Below are positions 41,811-63,437 of a stretch of DNA of 64,000 nucleotides, piece by piece. This DNA comes from the human T2T-CHM13v2.0 reference genome, Homo sapiens: assembly GCF_009914755.1 (NCBI RefSeq), contig NC_060940.1. One strand, 5' to 3'. Both the position numbers and the translations under genes were made by a program. The stretch's first letter is position 1; each line of letters begins with the position of its first letter. The notes beneath the pieces are model-generated. The model saw only the letters and a list, made by a program, of their open reading frames with translations. It did no database searches and had not been told where the DNA came from.

Positions 41811-42121
41811 GTAAGTCAGGATGTTCCTACTAACAGCCCTTCCTTTTATGGTAGTGAGAATAGTCTAGAAACTTAGTGTTTTATGATAATTCATGTGCCG
41901 TGGCTCTCTTCCAGGAGATTTTAATCTCCCTCTGGCCTTGTCTTATTCACCTTTATGTCCCAGGACAAAAATGTTGGACTGTTTGTTATATGTTAATAAG
42001 TGGGCTGGGCGCGGTGGCTCACGCCTGTAATCCCAGCACTTTGGGAGGCCGAGGTGGGCAGATCACAAGGTCAGGAGTTCAAGACCAGCCTGCCCAATAT
42101 GGTGAAACCCCATCTGTACTA

Positions 42122-42391
<270 letters not shown>

Positions 42392-42715
42392 TCACCTGAA
42401 GTCAGGAGTTCAAATCCAGCCTGGCCAACATGGCGAAACCCCGTCTTTACTAAAAAATACTAACAATTAGGCTGGGCACGGTGGCTCACGCCTGTAATCC
42501 TAGCACTTTAGGAGGCCAAGGTGGGCGGATTGCCTGAGCTCAGGCGTTCAAGACCAGCCTGGGCAACACAGTGAAACCCCGTCTCTACTAAAATACAAAA
42601 AATTAACCAGGCATGGCGGTGTGTGCCTGTAATCCCAGCTACTCAGGAGGCTGAGACAGGATAATTGCTTGAACGTGGGAGGCGGAGGTTGCAGTGAGCC
42701 AAGATCACACCACTG

Positions 42716-42968
42716 TGTCACAAACGTCCGTGTGAAGAGAGTCCACCAAACAGGCTTTGTGTGAGCAACAAGGCTGTTGATTTCACCTGGGTGCAGGCGG
42801 GCTGAGTCCAAAAAAGGAGTCAGCAAAGGGTGGTGGGATTATCATTAATTCTTACCCTTTTGGGATAGGCGTACAAAGTACATTCTCAAGGGCTCGGAGA
42901 ATATTACAAAGTACATTCACAAGGTTAGGGGGAGAATATTACAAAGTACCTTCTTAAGCGGGGGGAGA
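42716..42968 (-). mobile_element. Partial HERV-H LTR7-family LTR
   Basis: tgtcacaaacgtccgtgtgaagagagtccaccaaacaggctttgtgtgagcaacaaggctg...tcacctgggtgcaggcgggctgagtcc is the reverse complement of the LTR7 R/U5 end. Confidence 0.88.
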
Positions 42969-43062
42969 GGCCGGGCACGGTGGCACACGCCTGTAATCCC
43001 AGCACTTTGGGAGGCCGAGGTGGGTGGATCACAAGGTCAGGAGATCGAGACCATCCTGGCTA

Positions 43063-43554
<492 letters not shown>

Positions 43555-43657
43555 TCAAAAAAAAAAAAAAAAAAAAAAAAGAATTTGCTGTTGGCTCTCA
43601 CTCTGATTCATATCTCATATCTGCCTATGTTTCTTTCTTTTTCTTTTTTTGCTGTAG

Positions 43658-44877
<1,220 letters not shown>

Positions 44878-45040
44878 GTACGACGTGAGCCGAGCATCTG
44901 CCCCCTTGCCCTGACCAGGTCCCCATTTCTGACTCTCCACTCCCAGCCCTGGACAGGAGGAGTCAAGGGTCAGAAATGGTCCGGGTCTGCCAATACATTC
45001 CTTGGTAATAGTATGTTAAAAGTAGCAAGTGGCAATCTGT

Positions 45041-45220
<180 letters not shown>

Positions 45221-45553
45221 CGGAACAGGGTCTCGCTCTGTCTCCCCGGCTGGAGTGCTGTGGTGCCATCTCGGCTCAGTGCAGCCTCTGTCTCCTGGGC
45301 TCAAGCAATCCTCCCGCCTCAGCGTCCCAAGTACCTGGGACCACAGGCGTGTACCACTACGCCCGGCTAATTTTGTAATATTTTGTACAGAGATGGGGTC
45401 TCATTATGCTGCTCAGGCTGGTGACAAACTCCTGGGCTCAAGCGACCCACCCACCTCGGCCCCCCAAAGTGGTGGGATCACAGACGTGAGCCAGCGCTCC
45501 CTGTCAGCGTTTCATTCCCTCTTCATATCACATCACTTGGGTCTGTGGTCCAG

Positions 45554-46237
45554 GTGCGCTGGGGGCAGCGCAGGCCGGGTTCAGGAGAGCTCGGCTCAGC
45601 AGCAGCCGATGGAGCTTTCCTGGGGGCTCCTACCTGGCCGCCAGCTCCAGAAGCCAAGCCAGGGGCTCTTCGAGACATGGTCCCACCAGAGGAGAGACCG
45701 AGCCTCGGAGAAATGAACGTCCTAGGCCATGGGACTCGGACCCCTCACCCCACCCGCCACACCTGCCAACTTCCCGGCCTGCAGGGTGGCAGGAAGCCTG
45801 AGGCATTATTCAGCTTCCTTAGGGCCCGTTGGCTGATGCAACACAGCTCAGAAGTTGAGTCCAAGCACCAAGCCCGCAATGTCTGCGTCGGCCGCCAGGG
45901 GTCACTCCTCCCGCGCAGAAGGCGGCCTTGGAGCCTCGCAACCGCAGTATGCGAAGGTTGCATCACCCTCGCGGGGTCTAAGAGGAAGGATGGGGACCAG
46001 CCCGCAGGCGGGCCTGAGCCTCCTGGCAAAGCCCTTTGTCAACGTCAACAGAAGCATCTGGCGTCCTTTCTGGTCGCGGACGTCAGAGCTGGCTGCTCCG
46101 GCACTCAGCCGGGTGGTTGGTCCCCAGGCAGCCGCTGGGGCCCTGCCACCAGGTCTCACCTGGCCGAGAGGGAGTCAGGATGCCCTCTGAAGCAATGTCC
46201 CGAAATCCCAAATTCACCCCTACCCCCAGGTCAATAA
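45554..46237 (+). pseudogene. Fossil terminal exon i (open frame VRWGQRRPG...SPLPPGQ*)
   Basis: Acceptor gtccag|GTG in phase 0 coincides with ORF 45545..46237, one of the longest ORFs in the window not derived from repeats; GC-rich, so openness alone is weak evidence. Confidence 0.4.
45834..45965. promoter_or_regulatory. Inverted pair of C/EBP-ATF (CARE/AARE) motifs in a CpG-rich unique block
   Basis: TGATGCAAC at 45834-45842 (+) and GTTGCATCA at 45957-45965 (same motif, minus strand). Confidence 0.62.
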
Positions 46238-46278
46238 TGTACAAGAAGCTACATTCCTTTTTTTTTTTTTTTTTTTGA

Positions 46279-46437
<159 letters not shown>

Positions 46438-46440
46438 TAG

Positions 46441-46644
<204 letters not shown>

Positions 46645-48306
46645 TAGTAGAGATGGGGTTTCTCCACGTTGGTCAGGCTAGCCTCAAACTCCCGACCTCA
46701 GGTGATCCACCCGCCTCGGCCTCCCAAAGTGTTGGGATTACAGGCGTGAGCCACCGTGCCCGGCCTGAGACAGGGTTTCTCCATGTTGGCCAGGCTGGTC
46801 TCAAACTCCAGACCTCAGGTGATCCGCCTGCCTTGGCCTCCCAAAGCATTGGGATTACAGGCATGAACCACCACGCCTGGCCGTTGAAGCTACATTCTTG
46901 TTCCAAAGTTTTAAGCAGGGACTTTGGTGCAGACATAGCAATCTTTTGGGAGGATTAATGGAGGGAAGAAATAGTACCTGGTATTCCCACTGCTCTCACC
47001 CACAGCCCCGGGATCCACCTCCTCTTTACCGCCCGGGCCACAGAGAGCACACGTGGGCTCCTTTCCATTTGCTGGTCCGACCCAGCAGTGGTCACCGCTG
47101 GAGCCCTGAGACCCCACCAAGGTGTTCTGCCCAGCTCTCCTCATCCACAGAGGACAGAGGGGGTCAGGGGAAATAATATGAATCTGACGCTGGGGACATT
47201 TGCAACCCGCAGAGTCACCGCCACCTGGTGTCTCTTCAGTGTCTATGGAGACCAGTAAATGACTGTTTGCTCCACTGTTCTGAAAACAAATGAGTGCAGA
47301 AACAATCTTCTTTTGCTTCCTGCCTGGTGAGAGACATGATTGCCAAGAGCTCAGGCCAGGAGCCGAGGGTTTGCTTTTCATCCTAATCTTCAAGGTGGTC
47401 ATCTTCAAAGGATGTGAGAGGGCAAGAGCTGAGCTCTGCTTCCTGCAAAGAGAACCACACATGTCCCTCAGTGGAGCACCCAGTCTAGCTTTCCTGTGTC
47501 TGCCTTCCTCCCTCCACCCACGCCTTCCTCCCTCTGCCCACAAGTCCTTCACCCTCTCCCCACAGGCTCAGCCTTCGGGAGCTATTTCCTGTGGCTTTTT
47601 ATTCACTTCCTTTTTTTTTTTTTTTTTTTTTGAGATGGAGTCTCACTCTGTCGCCCAGGCTGGAGTGCAGTGGCACGATCTTGGCTCACTGCAACTTCTG
47701 TCTCTCAGATTCAAGCGATTCTCCTGCCTCATCCTCCTGAGTAGCTGGGATTACAGGCCTGAACTACCATGCCTGGCTAATTTTTATATTTTTAGTAGAG
47801 ACGGGGTTTCACCATGTTGGTCAGGCTAGTCTTGAACTCCTGACCTCAAGTGATCCACCCGCCTCAGCCCCCCAAACTGCTGAGATTACAGGTGTGAGCC
47901 ACCGCGCCCAGCCTCATTTACTTGTTTTGATAATTTTTTTCTTTTGGGATAATCGTAGCTTTGCAGGACAGCTAAGATAGTTCCTGAAGTTCTCCAGTGA
48001 TCATCTTCCATACAATGGTACATTGGTCAAAACTAAGCAACCAACATTGGTATATTGCCATTAACTAAACCCCAGACTTGCTTTGGATTTCCCTGGGTCT
48101 TTTCCTACTTACATCCTTTTCCTGTTCCCATCCAGGATCCTACGCAGGAGACAACATTGCATTTAGATGTGGTTCACTCTTCAATGCAGAGATTTTAGAC
48201 CCTAACCCATCTCACCCTGTGTAGCTCCAGGTGTGTGGCCTCCTGCTGCTGGGAGGAAACGCACCGAGTCGTGGTGCTCAGTGGCACCCTAAATGCCCTG
48301 GGAGCC

Positions 48307-49886
<1,580 letters not shown>

Positions 49887-50817
49887 AGCTGAAGAAGTGG
49901 GAGCTGCCTTTGGTGCTCTCCCCATGGACCTGACTCTGGCCTTCCCCTCCCTTTACCCCCATGGGTCCCTTGTCTCTGCAGTTGATTTGCTCACGAGATT
50001 CTAAATATCAGCCGTTTACTACTTAGGATAAACCGCAGGTCTTGCTGCAGTATCGCCCGTTGCTGATATGTGCAGATGCCAAGTTCTCTGGATGGGAACC
50101 ATCTAGAGCCTTGGTAGTCAAAGGCCGGGCGCAGTGGCTCACCCCTGTAATCCCAGCACTTTGGGAAGTCAAGGCAGGCGGATTACTTGAGGTCAGGAGT
50201 TTGAGACCAGCCTGGACAACATGGTGAAACCCTGTCTCTCCCAGAAATACAAAAATTTGCTGGGCATGGTGGTGCGTGCCTGTAATCCCAGCTACTCGGG
50301 AGGCTGAGGCCGGAGAATCACTTGAACCCAGGAAGGGAGGTTGCAGTGAGCCGAGATTACGCTACTGCACTCCAGCCTGGGCAACAGAGCGAGACTCCGT
50401 CACAGAAAAAAAAAGAGTCTTGGTAGTCATGGGGATTGAAGCCTCTTTGGGAGTCCCATCCCTTCGCTCCTTCTGTGCCTGTGACCCCTCACTGTGAAGT
50501 GCACACTCCCAGAGTGCCCAGGCCAGGCTGGTTCAGTGCCACCCACCCTCCAGCCTCTCCCAACCCCCCACAGCCAAAGCACCGGCACAGAGGTCACAGG
50601 AGACTCAGGCCACGTGGCATCCAGATGCCGACAAAGTGAGTTCTTTACCCAGAAAATGAAAGGGAGACCTTCCCGAGGCGCTTGCCCATCCAACTGTGCA
50701 AGGATGACGGGGTTCCACTCAAGCCAACCGAAAACATCCACAGATAAGAATACACAAAATAAAGCCAACCCACAACAAACTCCCAGGACTCAGAATCCAA
50801 CACGCCTCCCATCGTCG

Positions 50818-51609
<792 letters not shown>

Positions 51610-52241
51610 AGGCTATCACCGCTGAGCCACAGGGGACGGCAAGTTGTCCATTTTTCCTGCTCAGGGGCCGCTGACCTCACAGCAGCCGGAATGTGGGTGG
51701 TGGCATTCCAAGGGCAATCCACATTTCACCGTGATTAGAAAACGAGGCCAACACGGCTCAGGCTCTGAGCATGGCTTCTCTGCACTGGTGACTGCAAGAA
51801 TATCCCTCATGCCTTTGAAGGGCCATGGAGAAGTTGGCATAGCTCTCCTGGAGTTCCCGAATCTCTCGCCCAAAGTAACTTGGCCCTTCGAGGCAGAATT
51901 GGAGAAACAGAACATCCTCACACCCAAGTCCCATTTTCTCTGTGGTGACCTGCAAACCACACTGCACCTTCTGGCTGCGACACCCTCAGATTTCAGGCCA
52001 GAACCTTGGAAGAAGTAGGGCCACTCCCTGGTTTCTGATGGGGCCAGAGTGCTGGGTTGGGGACGTTGCCTCCAGAGCTGTCTCTGGGGGCCCTGACGCT
52101 GCCGTGTGCTGGGAGTGAAGGAGCTCCTACCTCACGGGCCAAACCCACTCCCGCTCTCTCCCAGGCTCCAGGGATAAAACTGGAGACCACTATGTCTTGC
52201 TTTCCGTGTTCTTTCTCCCTGCCATGGCTGGGTGCAGAAGC

Positions 52242-52612
<371 letters not shown>

Positions 52613-52800
52613 TAACCCCTATTTTAAATGTGCATAATTTCTACATTGTCAAATCACAGAGTCATTGCATATGATCACATCTCTCATTTTGTCCTAGTCC
52701 TTCAAACAGCTATGCACGTGTATCTCCCACTCCCAGCAGTCCTTCTCTTGATATCTTGTCACTTTGGTTGTCTGAAACCCAGCCTCTAGGAGGTTCCTTA

Positions 52801-52929
<129 letters not shown>

Positions 52930-53291
52930 CTACTAAAAATAAAAAAGTTAGCCGGGCGCGGTGGCAGGCATCTGTAATCCCAGGTACTCTAAGGCTGAGG
53001 CATGAGAATTCCTTGAGTCCGGGAGACAGAGGTTGCAGTGAGCCGAGATCATGCCATTGCACTCCAGCCTGGGGGAGACAAAGTAGAACTCTGTCTCAAA
53101 AAAAAAAAAAAAAAAAGGAGGCTGGATACTGTGGCTCACACCTGTAATTGCAGCACTTTGGGAGGCCAAGGCGGGCAAATCACCTGAAGTCAGAAGTTCA
53201 AAACCAGCCTGGCCAGCACAGTGAAACTTTGTCTCTAGTAAAAATACAAAAATTAGCTAGGTGTGGTGGCGCACACCCCTAGTCCCAACTA

Positions 53292-53399
<108 letters not shown>

Positions 53400-53795
53400 T
53401 CAAAAAAAAAAAAAAAAAAATACAAAGGCTTATGGGAATAATGAGTTCTTGCACGTCGATGTTTTGTCTATGCCCTTTGTACTTGAAGATCGGTTTTGCT
53501 TGGTGCGTCTTGAAAGGAGGCCCTGAGCAGTGATTTCTGAGAGTTCACAGAGGATGTAGACCCCAGCCTCTTTAAACATAACCAGAGTCCCCTTGCACTC
53601 ACCCACTAATGCAGAGAAAACCACTCTGTCAGTGATAATCCTATTACATGTGAATGTAAATAAATTATTTTTTTAATGAAAAGCAACTATGTTTCTAAAA
53701 CCACAACATATTTAGTAAGAAGGATGGCTTGTTTTATGTTTTTGCAAATAGAAGACAATTGGATTTTTATTTTATGTATGTATTTATTTATTTAG

Positions 53796-53960
<165 letters not shown>

Positions 53961-54062
53961 TAGAGATGGAGTTTCACCGTGTTGCCCAAGCTGGTCTCAA
54001 ACTCCTGGGCTCAATAAATCTGCCTTCCTCGGCCTCCAGAAGATCTGGGATTATAAGCATGA

Positions 54063-54312
<250 letters not shown>

Positions 54313-54315
54313 TGA

Positions 54316-54597
<282 letters not shown>

Positions 54598-55059
54598 TGA
54601 AAGAATCCCTGGACTTTTTGTTTTGCTATGTTGTCATGCTCTCTGCTTTTTTGTGGGGATTTGGAATGTTCAAAAACTATGCTGCCACTGCCATCTTCCC
54701 AGATCTTCATAAGATTGCTGATAAGGGAAAGGGGTAAGAAATAGAAGGTAGGCCATGTGTGGTGGCTCACACCTGTAATCCCAACACTTCGGGAGGCCGA
54801 GGCAGGTGGATCAGTTGAGCACAGGAGTTTCAGACCAGCCTGGACAACATGGTGAAACCCTGTCTCTTCAAAAAATCCAAAAATTAGCTGGGCATGCTAG
54901 CACACACCTGTAGCCCCAGCTACTCTGAAGGCTGACATAGGAGGATCTCTTGAGCCAGGGAGATCAAGGCTGCAGTGAGTGGTAACCACTCCAGCCTGGG
55001 TGACAGAGTGAGATCCTGTCTCAAAAAAAAAATTAAAAAGAAAGAAATAGAAGGTGAAG

Positions 55060-56419
<1,360 letters not shown>

Positions 56420-58524
56420 TGACGTTCATTGCTTGAGGAGGTATGTGTTATTGAAATGACCCAGAAGGCTGCATTTGGCAGTTTCCCTTACTTCTGACCC
56501 AAGCCTCATGCAGGGCTGTGTGGGTGCTGCCTGCAGCCTTTTGCAAAAGATGGAAAAATGGCAGGAGGCACGAAAGACCACCAGGAAAGCCGAGCGAGCT
56601 CCTCAGGCTTGTTCCATCAGGTCTGGGAAGTCAGTAAGCCATGGGAATGAGATCCCAGCAATTCTTGGGTCCTTCCAGCTGTTTCATTCCTTGGGAATTA
56701 ACACATAGGACCCTGAGGGTTCTAACGCACAAGGGCAGGGAAGGGGGCCAGGCCATGCCCGCGAGCTTGCCAGGTCATTGTCCTGGGTCACGGGGTGGAG
56801 GAACCTGCTCTGTGCACGCAAGGCACGAGCTGACTTGCAGGGCCGCTGAGTCACGGGAGAGTCAGGAGTCAGTCCAGTGTAGACTGCGTGCTAGAGTGGT
56901 TTAACAAGGATGCCAAGTGCATTGTTCAAAACATGGCTCCCCTGTCTGCCGTGAGTCGTCTTGAGGCGGGGCTCCTGTAATAACCTTCCCCCAAGGCCTC
57001 TCCTCTGCAGCACCCCGCTGGACACCTGAGGTCCTCTCCCTGTACAAAGAAAACCCAAACCCACTGCTTCTCTTTGGCCATTAGCTTTTGGCCTCTTCAA
57101 GCTGCTCTTTGGGGTCTTCACGGTCTCTGGTGGGATTCTCTCTGCGAATTAGGTTTGCATTAAGTTTTCTATCTTTATTACGCAGAGAAGACTGGCTTCA
57201 CGGGCTTTCCCCCTACTTGGCTAGCAGACACATCTTTTCAGCCCTAGGCAAAAGAATCCCGTGCTCGAATTATCCAGAGATAATGTACGTTTGCTGTAAT
57301 TAACAACCCACCAGAGCCCTGGGGCGCTCCCTACAGACATGGGTCTGGTGTGGCAAATGTGCAAGGGAACTGGCTCTGCCCGGCCCTCCCAGGCAGCTCT
57401 CCCATTTGTCTCAGTATCATCGCCTTCCCAGCTCCCTGGGGCTCCCCCTCCCAGAGAGGAGCAGCCCAGGCCTGACTGCCAAGACACAGGGCATCATTTA
57501 CCCACTATGGTTAGAAAGCTTGCCCAAGCAATGGCACCAAGCCAATAAATATTATTCTCTGCTATCAACAGCCAAGGCCACACTCTGATTTGTTAGTGGT
57601 GGGTTAAATAAACAAGACTTCTGGCTGGGCGCGGTGGCTCATGCCTGTGATCCCAGCACTTTGGGAGTGGATCACAAGGCCAGGAGATCGAGACCATCCT
57701 GGCTAACACAGTGAAACCCCATCTCTACTAAAAAAAAATACAAAAAATTAGCCGCTCGTGGTGGCATGCCACTCTGTAGACCCAGCTACTCGGGAGGCTG
57801 AAGCAGGAGAATAGTTTGAACCCAAGAGGCGGAGGCTACGGTGAGCCAAGATCGCCCCACTGCACTCCAGCCTCGGCGACAGAGTGAGACACCAACTCAA
57901 TAAATAAAAAATAAAATAAACAAGACTTCCAGACCACGGGTGGAGAAGATCCAGCCAGGGAGCTGGGCACAACTCCCCGTTTCACTGTGCGGTTTCATTT
58001 CAGTTGGAAAGAACTTCATCTGTTGAAGTGCACAGACAGCATTCAGAGGCTAGAGACGCCGGCATCGGCACAGCACACAGTGCCCTCTGTTCCCCTGGCC
58101 CAGGCCAAGAGCTCTTTGTGTGTCTGAGTGACTGGTCAGCACTGGGCAACAAACCCACGCCGGGAGACGGACAGCGAGCCGCCTCAACCCACCAGCCTCT
58201 GGGGAGCCTCTCATCTCGCAAGCACCTGCGGAGGCCCGCCCGGCGCCAGACCAGTCCAGGCACCCAGAGGCCTCTGCTCTCCTGGAGCTCATGACAAGTA
58301 AACAAATACACAAGATGGTTTGGGATCCCGATGAATAAGTTAAGCAGGGCAACCCAACAGGGAGGACAGGGCTCCCGCATGTGACGGACCCAGGAGGGAG
58401 CGACCCCCCGTGTTGACATGGGGGGAAAGGCGGGAAGTCAGAGAGGCCGGGAGGTCAGAGAGGCCAGGAGGTCAGAGAGGCCAGGCCCCTTCACACGGGG
58501 TGGGCGGGGGGGGGGGGGGATTTG

Positions 58525-58805
58525 CTCCCTCTGGAGGCCAAAGAGGAGGGTCCTTTCCACCTCTTCCAGCTTCTGGGGGCGGCTGGCTTCCTGGGCTTGT
58601 GGCGTGTCTGTCACTCCAGTCTCTGCCTCTGCCTTCACGTGGCCTCAGTGCATGTCCTCACATGGCCTTCTTATAAAGATACCTGTCATCGCATTTAGGA
58701 CCCACCCTAATCCAGCACGACCTCATCTTAACTAATGGCACATGCAAAGACCCTGATTCCAAATCCGGTTATGTTCTGGGGATCCGGTGAACACAAATTT
58801 CGGTG
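58525..58805 (-). mobile_element. MLT1B/C-like MaLR LTR fragment
   Basis: cctcttccagcttctgg...cactccagtctctgcctctgccttcac...ttaggacccaccctaatccag..gacctcatcttaactaa. Confidence 0.8.
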
Positions 58806-59177
58806 CTTTGCTCAGTTTCTATGGAGTCTTGTGTATAGGAAGGGACAGGAGAAGAACCAAATTCTCATCTGAGGCAGATTTTTATTCCTCATTGCAAAAT
58901 TTAAACATGAAACCAATTAAAACCTTTTTGGGGAGGCCTCTGCTCAATCAGTCAACCAAGGACTATTTACCAAGCAGCTGGTCTTGGGCTCAGCTCTGCA
59001 GTCAGCACTGTGGTACCTGACACGGATTGGCAGCTTGCTCTCAGAACATTTCCAGGCTAACCAAGAGGACGAGCACAACGAGCTATTTTTCAAGGAATAG
59101 ATCAGTTAAGATATAACCCACCTACCGTACGATTTGCCCATTTAGAGTGCGCAATTCAGTGGCCGTTAGTACAATGA

Positions 59178-59351
<174 letters not shown>

Positions 59352-60314
59352 TAGCTGGGATTACAGGTGCGTGCCATCACGCCCGGCTAATTTTTGTATT
59401 TTTAGTAGAGACAGGGTTTCACCATGTTGGGCAGGCTGGTCTCAAACTCCAGACTTCGGGTGATCCGCCTGCCTAGGCCTCCCAATGCTGGGATTACGGG
59501 CGTGAGCCACCACGCCCGGCCAAACGTTTTCTTTTTACTTTTTTTTTTTTTTTTTTTTAGGACAGGGTCTGGCTTTTTTTTTTTGAGATGCAGCCACAAG
59601 GCCAGGCTGGAGTGCAGCGGTGCAATCTTGGCTCACTGAAACCTCTGCCTCCCGGGCTCAGGTGATCCTCCCACCTCAGCCTCCTGAGTAGCTCAGGCCA
59701 CAGACACATGCCACCGTGCACAGCTGATTTTATTATTATTTATGTATTTATTTATTTAATTGAGATGGGGGTCTTGCTATGTTGCCCAGGCTGGTCTTGA
59801 ACTCCTGAGCTCAAGCAATCCACCCGCCTCAGCCTCCCAAAGTGCTGGGATGACAGGCGTGAGCCATGTCACCTGCCCCAGTTAACTTTTGTGTATATTT
59901 GGTAGAGATGAGGTTTTACCATGGTGCCTACACTGGTCTTGGGCTGAGCTCAAGCAATCCACCCACCTCGGCTTCCCAAAGTACAGAGGTGAGGCACCAT
60001 GCCCAGCATAACTTTTCCTTTTTTAATTTATTGAAAATACATAGGACTGTATAAAGCCAAAATTACCACATCACCCTGGGGTTTGTAATGTATGTAGGTG
60101 CAATATGCAAGACAACAGCAGCATGAAGCATGGGGGGTTGGGTAAATATGGTCACAAGGCTTCTATGTTTTATGTGACGTTTATATTTCTAATACTAACT
60201 CTGGGCTGGGCGCGGTGGCTCACGCCTGTAATCCCAGCACTTTGGGAGGTGGATCACCTGGGGTCGAGAGTTCGAGACCAACCTGACCAACATGGAGAAA
60301 CCCCGTCTCTACTA

Positions 60315-60473
<159 letters not shown>

Positions 60474-63051
60474 TCAAACAAACAAAAAACAAAACAAAAC
60501 AAAACAAAACACTCTGAGTAGACTGTGAAAAACTAAGGGTAGATGTTGCAATCCCTAGAGCAAGGAGAAGGAATAGCTAAAAAGCCATAGTTCTTGCTTC
60601 ATAATGCTAATACTTGGGGTGGGCATGGTGACTCATGCCTGTAATCCCGGCATTTTGAGAGGCCGAGGCAGGTGGATGACTTGAGTTCAGGAATTTGAGA
60701 CCAGCCGGGCATGGTGGCGCATGCTTGTAATCCCAGCTACTCAGGAGGCTGAGACAGAAGAATCGTTTGAACCTGGGAGGCGGAGGTTGCCGTGAGCTGA
60801 GATTGTGAATTGCACTCCAGCCTGGGCAACAGAGCAAGACTCCGTCTCAAAAAAAAAAAAAAGCTAATACTCAGAATAGAAATTCCAACTTGACCACTTA
60901 GTGGTGTGATCAGAGGCGGGTCTCTCAGCCTCTCTGAACTTCATCTGTCCTGGGAATTGAACAATCTAAGCTGTTTATCCCCCAGGGTGTCCCAGAGGAT
61001 GAAATGAGGCAATATCAACTGTGCACTGTGTTTTGTAACCTGAGAAGCATTGTTAGCCTGCAAAGGGTCCCTTCCATTTGACAGGATTCTCCTGTACCAG
61101 AGATGATGGTTTCCTCCCTATCCCCCAAGAAAACAGAGACTATCTCTGATTTCAGCAAACAGCTGTGTCAAGGCCTCACATCCTTGGCATGCAGGCATGT
61201 CTCAGTCATTGGTGAGGACCTCTGATCCCACCTTCAGGTTCACGATCAAAGGGACTGTTCCCATTTCCTTGGGCAAGAAACCAGAGGCCCGGGACTTTGT
61301 ACAATTTCCGAAGCAAATGTTATGCACACATACGCCTTCCCCAGCCCACAGGAGATACGCATTTCCGGAAGCTTTTGGTGATCGTGATCACACGTAGGCA
61401 GTTTCCAAAGCGTGAGGGGACCTGGTGGTGCAGGTGAGGTGGCCCGTCCCAGGTCCTACAAGGTCCTCTGGCACAGCTGGGATCCCTGCTAACTCGGCGG
61501 AAGGGCTCTCTGCTCACCCTGCCACCTCGGTGCCCTGTGGACCCTGATCAGCGGTCTGAAGCCAACTGCCCTGGCATGACCTCCCTGTGGGGTTCCCTTC
61601 CCAGCCTGAACCCTTTGGGGTTCCACTGCTCACCAGGGGTGATGCTTCAGAAATCATACTAAACAGCACCTGCTTCAGAGGTCTAACCTACCCCTGGCCC
61701 AGCCCAGGTAGGAGTTCCCCAGTCTTCATGAGCTTGGGAGGGGTGGTCAGACACCAGGAGACTGTTGCCATTCCCTGCAGTGACACTCCAGAAACCAGGC
61801 AGCCGACGGTCCCAGAGGGGCGAGTCTAAAGGGAGGCACTGCCAGGTGGGGTATCCCAGGCTGCAGGACACCCACGGAGAGGCTGAGGGTTCCGGCCAGA
61901 GAAAGGAACAGAGCAGAGCCCTCTGATTGCTCCTTCCTACAAAGTCTAGGTGGACGTCCTCAACAGCAGGTCGCTTTGCTGAGGGGACTGTCTTCAAGGG
62001 GAAGCAGCCAGAGAAATCTACCACGACCTAAACCAGCCCTCACACTTAGTCTTCGGCACATGCCAAAGGTGTTCCCTGCGTTAGTCTCCACTGCTGCCGC
62101 GCTTCCCTCCCAGCAAGCTCAAGAAAAGCCTGGCCCTGTGTGTATCAACCGCATGGTCCCCCTTTGATCTCTCTGGCCCAGCTGCCGGGCCCTGGCTCGC
62201 CACTGGGGAGGCCCTCAGTCCTCTCGCATTGATCCTTCCAGTGAGGCCACGGGAAAGCCTTTGGCACTGGGTGCTGTAGGGCACATGAGCTGGGGTCAGA
62301 GCCTTGGACCACCAACTGCAAGGGGTGCTGTGGAGGGCTCTCTGGAGACCCCCACAGCACTGAGGCTCTCGTCCCCCGACCAGGAGTTTCTCCACAAATT
62401 GTTCTCCAGGAACTGCCCTTGGCTAAAGCAATGTCACGTCCCAGGCCATGGTCCCTCCCTGGTGGCCCATGTGGAATCACTCGTCAGTGTCATATGAGAA
62501 GAATTGTATGCTCAGACCCTGTAACCCAAGGCAGCTGCCTGCTTGCCAGTGTTGTCTCAGAGCCTGTTTGTTGCAGCAACAAAAAGCACAGGCATCTCGG
62601 GGGCTTGAAAACTCAGGCTTCTTTCTCGTGTACATCAAGTCCGCTGGGGGTCCAGGAGGTTCCCCAGGGTAGCTGCTGCCAGGGGAGGGCCCACACATGA
62701 CCCACGCCAACCCCTGCTTGCCCAGCCATCATGCAGAGGACAGAGGAAGGCGAACCCCAGCAAATAAGGGCTTCCACCAAGAAGCGACACCCATTGCCTC
62801 CACTCTGAGCCCACTGGCCTTCCCGAAGTCTAAGACTAGAATTCCTGCCTGTGCATAAAGAACTGGGGATTGGTGAACCGCCATCAGATCTGCCAGATGT
62901 TTCAGGAAAGTGAACATTTGTTTACATCTGTGTGGATTGGGCTACCTCCTTCTAGACAGAGCCCGGTCCCCTCAGCCTCACTGCCCTCTTTTTATTTTAT
63001 TTTATTTTTTTGAGACGGAGTTTCACTCTTTTTTTTTTTTTTTTTTTTTGA

Positions 63052-63159
<108 letters not shown>

Positions 63160-63332
63160 TAGCTGTGACTACAGGTGCCCGCCACCCTGCCTGGCTAATT
63201 TTTCGTATTTTTAGTACAGACGGGGTTTCACCGTGTTAGCCAGGATGGTCCCGATCTCCTGACCTCGTGATCCACCTGCCTCAGCCTCCCAAAGTGCTGG
63301 GATTACAGGTGTGAGCCACCGCGCCCGGCTGA

Positions 63333-63437
<105 letters not shown>

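Noticed and set aside
46911-47829. 213-aa (-) and 179-aa (+) overlapping ORFs
   Set aside because: No convincing exon boundaries or homology, and the plus ORF runs into an Alu
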